Origin: Tubulanus polymorphus
Lineage: Eukaryota > Animalia > Nemertea
Reading direction: 5' to 3'
Length of the DNA stretch: 64,000 bases
NCBI RefSeq assembly: GCF_964204645.1
Contig: NC_134025.1
Span: 30,422,299-30,486,298, forward strand
In this document: in pieces, positions 28,001 through 40,000 of the stretch
Position numbering within the stretch: the first letter of the stretch is position 1
Layout: every line of letters starts with the position of its first letter
Position numbers and translations under genes: made by a program
The notes under the pieces: model-generated
Databases searched by the model: none
Told to the model about the DNA's origin: nothing
What the model saw: the letters and a program-made list of their open reading frames with translations, nothing else

Positions 28001-31000
28001 GGTCCACCCATACACTGAGTGGATCCACCCATACGCTGAATGGGTCCACCCATACACTGAGTGGATCCACCCATACGCTGAATGGGTCCACCACTGAGTT
28101 AACAGATCTGTAGCCAAAGGAATTTCTGGTTGAAGACTTCTGACGACATTGAGTTTTTTAAGGATAGACACTGAACAACAAATCATTACTTCATTAACTT
28201 TAACTAATTCATCTCTTACTGTAGACAATTCTAGTGCACGCGTGGATCCCGACAGGGTGTCTTGTAAAGACCCTCGAATGTTTGGAGTTGCCCTTTATTG
28301 AATGAACTCCTCAACTTTAACTGCCACAAAATTTTTAATGAGACGTCATTTTTGCTGATATGATCAAAAATGGCCGCAGTGTCACGAAATAGGTGTTGGA
28401 TAGGGTTGTGTGGGGTATAGTAACCCATTGAGTGCAGAGCTCAGAGGTTCTCGCAACCATATTCATATTTTATATCACAAAATTGATATAAACGTAGATT
28501 TATACAAGTAAAATATGGGAAGTGTGTTTATTGCAAAATAGCAGATGTATAACATATAAAAACATGTCACCAGGTCGTCACAGTTACAATTTAAATCAAA
28601 ACCTACTGAGCCTTATACAGTGTATATAGCTGTAGTCTCTCATCAATCTGGGGTCAACAGGTTCAAACCCCATCAAAACCCCTGAGAAAACATTACACTT
28701 GTCTCTCATCAGGGGTTCATTGGTTCAAACCTCATCAAAACCCCTGAGCAAACATTACATAGTCTCTCATCAATCAGGGGTTCATGGGTTCAAACCTTAT
28801 CAAAACCCCTGAGCAAACATTTCACTAGTCTCTCATCAATCAGGGGTTCATGGGTTCAAACCTCATCAAAACCCCTGAGCAAACATTTCACTAGTCTCTC
28901 ATCAATCAGGGGTTCATGGGTTCAAACCTTATCAAAACCCCTGAGCAAACATTTCACTAGTCTCTCATCGATCAGGGGTTCATGGGTTCAAACCTTATCA
29001 AAACCCCTGAGCAAACATTTCACTAGTCTCTCATCAATCAGGGGTTCATGGGTTCAAACCTCATCAAAACCCCTGAGCAAACATTTCACTAGTCTCTCAT
29101 CAATCCGGGGTTCATGGGTTCGAACCCCATTAAAACCATAGAGTAACAAAACCATGAATCGGTATAAACAGCAAAACCGAAGGTTCAGAGTTTAAACCGA
29201 GCTGGCAACAGAGTTTTCTAAACTGACGATTCACCTCAGTCCTCTCTCCTGCTCTGAGGAAAACAAAACCATAGTCACTTTCTCTAAATGCCCTGAGCTT
29301 GAAGATCATTAGTCGTCGAAGAAATGGCAAAACCTCAAAACATTCCAACAGATTAATAGATGATATTCAAATCGGTGATGAGCAGATGTATTTTGAGAGA
29401 TGATGGATATCGAGAACAGGTTCAATCGATAATATCAATAATATCGATATCAATCGCGATATATCAACATCCGGATGAGATTTAGTCAGAATAGTGAAAT
29501 CTGACTAAAATAATGATTCACGCGTCTATATTTGTCATAATTATTGACACGAGCCTCGAGCCACAGTCAGTCGAGTGTCAGATCATGCGTATAATTAACC
29601 CCGGGTAATCTAATAATAATTCATAGAGAAATATTAGAGTTCAAATTAAAAATTGTAATAATTCCTCAAATATAGAAAAAAGAGAGAGAGAGAGCGAGGA
29701 TTCCTACGAGGGAATCTCGTGACTCAATCATTAGATAACTTACCGAATTAATAGAAGAACTGCTTTCGACGAGTCGCGCTAATGAATTAGTTTTAGATGA
29801 TACCGGCATCGTAGTAGTCATAACTGTCGTTTACGGGTCATTCGGCGGCCCTCGCGCCCGCGCACACAGCCCAAACCAACGAAACCGAGCTCGTCGTGTA
29901 TGTTTTCGCATTCGTTCACCAGTGAGATGAGAGATGAAACAAACCGAGAAGGTGTATGTATGTAGACATAGCACGCTACAGTCATAATGTATTGAGGCAA
30001 TGCCGATACCTTATCAAGGGTAAGTAGCTAGTCAGTAAGCGGTGAGTGAGTCGTTCGTTCGGAATAAAACTCGTGACCTCATCGCCGGAGAGATGAATCT
30101 CTCGTGAAAATCCGTACCGGAATGATTCGAAAGGGCGAGGGGTAAAAACGTCGACCCCTCGCGAGAGTAAAACCTCGAATCCGAACGTAAACACCGACTG
30201 GAATCGACGGAGAATTAGACTCGACTACGACCTATCGATAGATAGCAGAAATTTCATTGGTTTTAATAAAGCAGAGCTTCCAGATTCGAGATCGAGATGA
30301 GAGAGCGAAGAATCTAAAGAGTGCACGGCTAAATATTCATATACTCTACATCGATCTACATCATTATACTCATATACTGCGTATATCATATACACATGAT
30401 CTCGATGAAAAAAGATGTAATGAAAAATGTAAACTAGTTTAATATACGTTTAAAGACAAACCACTGACAGAAGCAGATGAAACAATAGAGGGCAGTAGTG
30501 TATTTATATAAACAGATAGAGGAGAGATGAATGACTTGTAGGAATCACAAAACACTGATTCACTTAAAAGGTTGAATTCATATGAATCATTTCAGACGGA
30601 ATGACCGTACGCGAGAATCGCGCGCTTATGTTTCCATTAGGAGGCAATAAAACTATTTCTAATTAAGATGAATATCCGTAGATTTTCAGTAGAAAAATTA
30701 ATCGATAAAGCAAAAAGCACCGAATGAAGACTCTTTCCTAGAATCATCATGTGAGAACTGGACAATTAATGGCGCTACAAGAGGCCACGTTAGTCTAATA
30801 GTTCATGTAAATGATGTGTTAATGATAAACTGTGAATTTTGTTATAAAGAAAAAACACTAAAAACTACATTGAAAATTTAGATAGAAGTTTAGTAATGAT
30901 CGTTTTCAATATCAACCTTGTAAATAAACCAGAAAACCATGCATCGAGAAACCAAGTTACCTGTTTCTTTAATTCGGCTCGTTTCGAAAATGGCTTCTTT

Positions 31001-34000
31001 TTCTGTAAAAATATAGTCACACACCAAAATAACATCACATCGTGAAGATCGAAGAGACTTATAGAACACGAGAGAATGACGGGAGATAAGAGGGGGGGGT
31101 CATACCTAGGTTAACATTCAGGGCCACACCGAAAAAATTACACATATCATTATTCGCTAATTCACCTCAATTATCAATAACTAATCAGTATAGCGCCGCC
31201 GGTAGTTTATCATCACGCCGACAGATGGCAGCACTAATCAAATATTACATTTAACATCATCGAGAGTAATGTACGCATACTGCGCTGCACCGATACATTC
31301 ACACACTTATACCAACTAGTCAGCACTAGCCAATATAAAATAATACATTTCATAATATAACCGATATTTATACGAGCAAGCTGAAAATAATCCACATTTC
31401 TACAAATAATCCTGGAAATAATTCCTCAAATAGCGATACAACAGTCAGCATAGGAGCAAAAATCATCAAACAATTAAAATTCAGGTTCATCCTGTATTGA
31501 TTGCTGGTAGTTAGGTCTATATGGCAGCATTCTGCAGGGGATTGATACCCGATTGGGGAGGATTGATACCTGAGTGGGGAGGATTGATACCGGAGTGGGG
31601 AGGATTGATACCGGAGTGGGGAGGATTGATACCCGAGTGGGGAGGATTGATACCCGAGTGGGGAGGATTGATACCCGAGTGGGGAGGATTGATACCTGAG
31701 TGGGGAGGATTGATACCGGAGTGGGGAGGATTGATACCTGAGTGGGGAGGATTGATACCGGAGTGGGGAGGATTGATACCCAAGTGGGGAGGATTGATAC
31801 CCGAGTGGGGAGGATTGGTACCCGAGTGGGGAGGATTGGTACCCGAGTGGGGAGGATTGATACCTGAGTGGGGAGGATTGATACCTGAGTGGGGAGGATT
31901 GATACCTGAGTGGGGAGGATTGATTCCTGAGTGGGGAGGATTGATTCCTGAGTGGGGAGGATTGATACTGGAGTGGGGAGGATTGATTCCTGAGTGGGGA
32001 GGATTGATTCCCGAGTGGGGAGGATTGATACCCGAATGGGGAGGATTGATACCCGAATGGGGAGGATTGATACCCGATTGGGGAGGATTGATTCCTGAGT
32101 GGGGAGGATTGATACCTGAGTGGGGAGGATTGATACCGGAGTAGGGAGGATTGATACCTGAGTGGGGAGGATTGATACCTGAGTGGGGAGGATTGATACC
32201 TGAGTGGGGAGGATTGATTCCTGAGTTGGGAGGATTGATACCTGAGTGGGGAGGATTGATACCGGAGTGGGGAGGATTGATTCCTGAGTGGGGAGGATTG
32301 ATACCTGAGTGGGGAGGATTGATTCCCGAGTGGGGAGGATTGATACCCGAATGGGTAGGATTGATACCCGAATGGGGAGGATTGATACCCGATTGGGGAG
32401 GATTGATTCCTGAGTGGGGAGGATTGATACCGGAGTAGGGAGGATTGATACCTGAGTGGGGAGGATTGATACCTGAGTGGGGAGGATTGATACTGGAGTG
32501 GGGAGGATTGATACTGGAGTGGGAAGGATTGATTCCCAATCGGGGAGGATTGATACCGGAGTGGGGAGGATTGATACCGGAGTGGGGAGGATTGATACCG
32601 GAGTGGGGAGGATTGGTTCCTGAGTGGGGAGGATTGGTACCCGAGTGGGGAGGATTGATACCCGAGTGGGGAGGATTGATACCCGAGTGGGGAGGATTGA
32701 TACCGGAGTGGGGAGGATTGATACCTGAGAGGGGAGGATTGGTACCCGAGTGGGGAGGATTGATACCTGAGAGGGGAGGATTGGTACCCGAGTGGGGAGG
32801 ATTGATACCGGAGTGGGGAGGATTGATTCCTGAATGGGGAGGATTGATACCCGAGTGGGGAGGATTGATACCTGAGTGGGGAGGATTGATACCCGAGTGG
32901 GGAGGATTGATTCCTGAGTGGGAAGGATTGATTCCCGATCAGGGAGGATTGATACCTGATCGGGGAGGATTGTAGGATATTTTATAAGCTATCATATAAT
33001 CATTAAACGGTTCTAAGCTGAACAATCTAAATCATCAGCGATTTGCCGGCGATCCTCTTTCAACTCTGCTGCTGTCGGCTGAGTTTTCAAAATTAGTCGT
33101 AATGTTTGCCATATTGAACATTCAATCATATACACTATTGGCATGCTAACTAAGCAATGTTACCATAACAACGGGAGACGGGCTTCGGATGAGCACGGGG
33201 GACGGGAGAGAGAAATACAAGTTCATTTAGTACAATGAAGACACAGACTGTAGCTGCAGCTACCGATCAGACCGCAGCAGCTACAGCTACCGATCAGACC
33301 GCAGCAGCTACAGCTACCGATCAGACCGCAGCAGCTACAGCTACCGATCAGACCACAGCAGCTACAGCTACCGATCAGACCGCAGCAGCTACAGCTACCG
33401 ATCAGACCGCAGCAGCTGCAGCTACCGATCAGACCGCAGCAGCTACAGCTACCGATCAGACCGCAGCAGCTACAGCTACCGATCAGACCGCAGCAGCTAC
33501 AGCTACCGATCAGACCGCAGCAGCTACAGCTACCGATCTGACTGCAGCAGCTACAGCTACCGATCAGACCGCAGCAGCTACAGCTACCGATCAATTGACG
33601 TTCATTTGAAAATTCCCTCATCACGACCGATCATTGTAAAAATTAACCCCTTAAAAAATTTACGGTGAGAAAAATTAGCACAAAATCAAGGCTCTGATTC
33701 TATCCAAAAGTGGAAAAGAAAAATGAGTAAAATAAGTAGATTCTAAAAATAATGGCAGATGGGTCCAGTTACTGAGTTGTTGGTTGGTTTGACTAATTCC
33801 AACAAGTTGTCAATACCTGACATTCGAGATTAAAACATTCAAAAATCTGTTTTAGCAAAAATTGCTGCATTTGTTTCTGTCGATTAATAGTGTGAAAACA
33901 GAAACCAAACTCTGTTTTAATTCAATCAATTCGAGATCAAGTCTTTAAAAATACAGCGATTAAACAACAATGATTATCAATCAGTTTCAGTTCTCTGTCG

Positions 34001-37000
34001 AAATGAGAATCAAAACGACTACATCTAAGTCAAATTTCAATGAAAACTGTTAGTATAAAACAGGGTCCAGTTTCACAGATCTTCGACTAACTTATGATCT
34101 CATTTCAACTGTTAAGACTCGGATCTAAAATAATCGACAGGTTTCTGTGGAACTGGATTCACAGCTGTAAATAAAGAAGAATATACAATAAACATTACCA
34201 AAATTCTGTAATATTCCAGTACATAACTCATCCCCAACAAGATGACATTGACATCATGTTAACAAGCATACAATACTGATCATCGTTTATATTGCATACA
34301 TTATAATATAGAAATAACGATGCCACACCTAACTGTACACGCTGTAGTTATATATACCTATATAGATAAACCCTCTAATATTGAAGCTTTAAGCACAATT
34401 ACAATACAGGCATTCAGCTTCGGGTTATCGTCTATATTTTTCATTACCGATATAAAATTGAATGCATAAATTCTCATTTGCATAAAAAGCTCGAGGCTAC
34501 GAAATAGTTTTTCTTTTTTATTTTTAGGAAAAACCTGTGATCTTTCATCTAACGTTAAACGCCTTCGAATATATCTCCACCCGAAGGCATAACCGAAAAA
34601 AAACCGGTCGAGATTCGCGGAACCGTAGCCCAGTTATAGAACGTTAGAGAAGAGACAGTAGTGATTAATCCTCAGAAAAAATTTATGGATAATATAAATA
34701 AATGAATCATTTATCCTTGAAGATTTTTTGGCAGTTAATAGCAGCATCATACCCTGAGATACAAACAGGTGCCACAGAGAGAGAGGCCGAGGGATTATCC
34801 AGCCTACACCAGGTACAATGAACCCGTACAGAAACATTATAGGTAAAGCATAATAAATAGTTTAGACTAAGTATTATTAGCAACACAGATGAAAATGTAT
34901 GTTTAGTCGGAGATAAACACATTGGTTCAGGTATATATGTATATATGTGTGTAACTCAGTGTGAGGAAGACTTATTTCTTTTTACGCATATAGCTTCAAT
35001 ATGCAGTGTCTTTAGTTTGGTGTCTATAGCTTCATACAAACTATATTATCTTAGCCAGAAGTGGATCCAGAGGTGGGATACAGGGTGTTACTAGACTGGG
35101 CCGGATACAGGGCGTTACTAAATAGGGCTGGATACAGGGTGTTACTAGACTGGGCCGGATACAGGGTGCTACTAAATAGGGCTGGATACAGGATGTTACT
35201 AAACAGGGCTGGATACAGGGTGTTACTAAATAGGGCTGGATACAGGGTGTTACTAAACAGGGCTGGATACAGGGTGTTACTAAATAGGGCTGGATACAGG
35301 GTGTTACTAGACCGGTCTCGATACAGGGTGTTACTAAACTAGGCTGGATACAGGGTGTTACTAAATAGGGCTGGATACAGGGTGTTACTAAATAGGGCTG
35401 GATACAGGGTGTTACTAAATAAGGCTGGATACAGGGTGTTACTAAACAGGGCTGGATACAGGGTGTTACTAAATAGGGCTGGATACAGGGTGTTACTAAA
35501 CAGGGGTGGATACAGGGTGTTACTAAACTGGGCTGGATACAGGGTGTTACTAAATAGGGCTGGATACAGGGTGTTACTAGACCGGTCTCGATACAGGGTG
35601 TTACTGAACTGGGCTGGATACAGGGTGTTACTAAACTGGGCTGGATACAGGGTGTTACTAGACTGGGCCGGATACAGGGTGTTACTAAATAGGGCTGGAT
35701 ACAGGGTGTTACTAAATAGGGCTGGATACAGGGTGTTACTAGACTGGGCCGGATACAGGGTGTTACTAAACTGGGCTGGATACAGGGTGTTACTAGACCG
35801 GTCTCAATACAGGGTGTTACTAAACTGGGCTGGATACAGGGTGTTACTAGACCGGTCTCGATACAGGGTGTTACTAAACAGGGCTGGATACAGGGTGTTA
35901 CTAGACCGGTCTCGATACAGGGTGTTACTAAACAGGGCTGGATACAGGGTGTTACTAGACCAGTCTCGATACAGGGTGTTACTAGATGTTATTTTTTTCA
36001 ACTATTGATCTTTCAGAAGGTATCATTCGTAATCTAACCTCGAAAATTTTCAAAATCAAACTCACATTTGGTGCATTATGAGGAAATAAGTTGAATTTAT
36101 AACTAGATAGGAAATAACTAGAGCTATGGATCCACCTCAGGCACCAATACCTCATCGATTATGAAGTTTGATACAGGAAAAACTGTTACATTATGACTGT
36201 GTTATCTGTATGTATACTGGTAGGGTAAGGCATGTACATGTATATGTATTAACGTACGGTATGTGCGTATATGTGTATATGTATGTGTGTAGCAGGTGAG
36301 AGAACCACCTCACTCCACTCACTCCTCTCTACTTAACACACGACCGAGAGAGACAGACGGACGGACAGACAGACAGACAGACGGACAGACAGACAGACAG
36401 AGAGAGAGAGAGTTAATCATATGTAAAATGAATACTGTTGTTATAGTCATTTTTTAACGATTACATTAAAAAACCCTCAATTCCAAGCGTTGTCCGAGAA
36501 CTGTGCTTCGTGCTGCTGTATGTTATTATTGAAGTAAATAGAGACAGCAAGGAGCGCAGCAGCCGCAGCCGCAGCAGCAGCAACAGATCAGCCAGCGTGC
36601 GAATACCACCACAGTCACAACCCATTGCCGCAGCCTGCTCCTCACATACTCGATATATAATAGTCGTATTACATACTAAATTCTTGAAGCAATTATGAAG
36701 AACAATCTGTTGAGCGTTGTCGCCATCCTCGTCGCCGTAGTTACTAGTTCCGTTTGTTCGTTGTTGCTTTTGTAACCGATAGCTACGTTTTCGATATACT
36801 CCGCTTTTTGGATGATGATCTAAAAGACGATTTTCAACTGCAGCCGTCCGGGAATCGGTCCGGGAATCGGTCCGGGAATCATTCCGCGAATCACTCCGCG
36901 AATCGGTTCGCGGATCACAATCAGACGCCGTCATTTGATTTGCCCGAAATAACTGTCAATTATACATCATCATAGATCACTGTGACAAATATATACTGGG

Positions 37001-40000
37001 GGGGGGGGGGGTTAAAAGCCTGGGAAATTTTGGAGTTTGATTCCCACTGGAAGAGGGCTGGTTTGATTATGTGAGGAGCAGTTTGAATCTGGAGGGTTTG
37101 ATGTCTCACGAGAGGTTCACGGTTCAGTCTTGTGAGGGCTTGGGAGTTAGACCCTGTGAGGGCTTGGGAGTTAGACCCTGTGAGGGCTTGGGAGTTAGAC
37201 CCTGTGAGGGCTTGGGAGTTAGACCTTGTGAGGAGTTTGATCAGAGCTTCCTAATCCATAATATCCTTGGGGTTGACTTTGATATTTTAATCTTTTATTT
37301 TTTGATGTACCCCGCACTGTGAGAAAGTATGATCCCACGAGAGGAAAGGAGTGTTATTCACGGAGAAATGTTTAGTTTGATCCTACAAGGAGGAGTTTTA
37401 TTCTGTCAGCTGAGGTTTGTTGGGGGGAGGGGGGGTTAGGGAGTAGTTTCGAGCAAGCTGATACATTTATTTACCTAAAACAGTGTATTCAGTGTGACAG
37501 GTGACACACACACAATGTGTCATCGCGCGTCTGCCGTTATAACATGAAATATCAGTTTCATCACGATTGATTTTGATTTAAAAAAATATGATCTGAATAA
37601 GAGAGAATCTCTGAAATACGCGGTAAATGATAAAATGTTCACGATTTAAAGAGTTTAGTCTGTTTGTTGGTGTATATTCAGCAGCAGTAGTTAGTGCCAG
37701 TATCATGTGTGTTGTGATGGCATGTGCCGCCAAACATTTTCATTATAATGAGTATATATAATGTGATATGTATGTAATGTGCTGAGGGGAAAATTAGCCT
37801 CGCAATTTCATTTTCATTATCGTACGCAGTATCTGTATACATATGTATGAGACAGTATTCACAGTATCAGACTATTGAAATGATGTATATACATACCCCT
37901 ATTCCTCACCCCGGGACCTCGCAACCATCACCCCCTATTCCTCGCCCCGGGACCATCACCCCCTATCCCTCACCCCGGGACCCCGCGATCATCATCCCCC
38001 TATCCCTCACCCCGGGACCTCGCAACCATCACCCCCTATTCCTCGCCCCGGGACCATCACCCCCTATTCCTCACCCCGGGACCTTGCAACCATCACCCCC
38101 TATTCCTCGCCCCGGGACCATCACCCCCTATCCCTCACCCCGGGACCTTGCAACCATCACCCCCTATTCCTCGCCCCGGGACCATCACCTCCTATCCCTC
38201 ACCCTGGGACCCCACGATCATCATCCCCCTATCCCTCGCCCCAGGACCCCGTAATCATTATCCCCTATCCCTCACCCCGGGACCACGTAGCCATCACCCC
38301 TATCCTTCACCCCGCGATCATCATCCCCCTATCCCTTGCCCCAGGACCCCGTAATTATCACCTCCTACCCTCATCCCAGGGCCCGCAATCATTTTTACAT
38401 CCAACAGTCTAAAAATCAGGCTTGAGCTAAAAATCTGCTGGTCTTCAACACAACTGATTTATAATAATTACCGTGTAAAGTATCGACTGTGACAGCTGCA
38501 GACTGCACTAAAATCGAATTTGTGGAGAGAATCCAAACCCTGTATAAAAAGGTGCGAGTTTGGTGATTGCAGAACCTTTAAACCCTTCATACAGAGATCC
38601 ATGGACATATAATCTGAGAGAACACAGCATAGCAGCCCTGTTTATAGATCGGGGATACTACTGTCTAGTCCGGGGGATACTGTCTAGTCCGGGGGATACA
38701 GTCTAGTCCGGGGGATACAGTCTAGTCCGGGGGATACTGTCTAGTCCGGGGGATACAGTCTAGTCCGGGGGATACCGTCTAGTCCGGGGCCTATATTGCC
38801 TAGTCCGGGGATACTGTCTAGTCCGGGGGATACTGTCTAGTCGGGGGATACTGTCTAGTCCGGGGGATACTGTCTAGTCCGGGGGATACTGTCTAGTTTG
38901 GGGGCCTATATTGCCTAGTCCGGGGATACTGTCTAGTCCAGGGATACTATTTAGTTTGGGGCCTATACTGTCTAGTCTGGAGACACTGTCTAGTCCGACT
39001 GATAAACAGTAGACAATACATAATATACTGGTTACTTATCATCATTACTTCAGACTTCAACGCCTCTCCCGGGAACCATTTTTAAGAATTCCAAAGACCG
39101 AATTCCACGATAATTTTTGATTACCGCCCTAATACATATATATGATTGCGTGGCCGAGTATCTTGAGGCTTAATTGGTGTAGATTACTGGTGATCTTTAG
39201 GGAATTCATACACAGTTTCCATTCTATACACTATTATACTGCATTTATACTGACTCATACACACACACATACTCAACTAACTAATGTTTCAAACACACAT
39301 TATTTCCATACAGATTCCACTATCTAAAACCAGGAAGGGAGCCTCACATGCCTCGTGTAAGACACTCAAAACATTTAAAACTTAGTTTGGAGGCGTCAAA
39401 TCAATTCTTAATTCAGGACCCAGTTGCGCAATTGTGAACTCATAGAGCTCTGTCGAACTGAATTTAGGTGCTTGATAATGTAATGAGCTTAGAATTATTG
39501 ATAACTTATTTCTGTTTGTTACGGAGTCATTCCAGTGAATCATCGAGCAAATTATAACACATTTTAAATGAAAGGCGAGAGAGGTATACTAACTACTAGC
39601 ATCACTATACATTCATCAACATTGATATATATATATATAATAGAGGTCTGGTATGTGAGATGTTCGAGTTCGATAGAAAACCAGCGCCAGAGATTTTACA
39701 TACATAATGACATAAGATAATCAGGGAATTTACAAACTTTGAGAGTCTGTAGTGCAAATCGTTTATTGCATTTATGACCATCAATATGGCGTAGTCACAC
39801 GAGTCCGAGACTTCTAAACCAGTGTCTGTCTATTCTCACTGATTCTTACCTGTCTTATGAAACTATTTGAGCTGTCACTTTCAATGCCATCTGAATGTCG
39901 ATATTTGCCTTTACGCCGAGCCCCTTTACCAGACTACATAGAACAGATAAATATAAATCTCATTAAATGATATGTTTCAACATACAAGCCTTTATTCAGG

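Noticed and set aside
27804-28228. Multiple overlapping repeat ORFs on both strands
   Set aside because: 21-bp minisatellite artefact.
28632-29130. CRISPR-like appearance of hairpin-containing regular repeats (also 43450-43860 and 15577-15866)
   Set aside because: Units are contiguous with no unique spacers, there are no cas genes, and the context is eukaryotic and intronic or UTR.
31517-32975. Long ORFs GINPPHS(n) and GGLIPEW(n)
   Set aside because: By-products of a 21-bp minisatellite whose unit length is a multiple of 3; no splice or start context.
33223-33624. Cys-rich metallothionein-like (GSCSCCGLI)n and antifreeze-like (TAAATATDQ)n ORFs
   Set aside because: Both come from a near-perfect 27-bp DNA repeat with no synonymous-site divergence pattern.
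35061-36008. ORFs (RAGYRVLLN)n
   Set aside because: Translation of a 30-bp minisatellite, interrupted by a stop variant.
39030-39080. Another CACNB first exon (ATGGTTCCCGGG...)
   Set aside because: The ATG frame stops after 9 codons and the nearby donor is not in phase 0.
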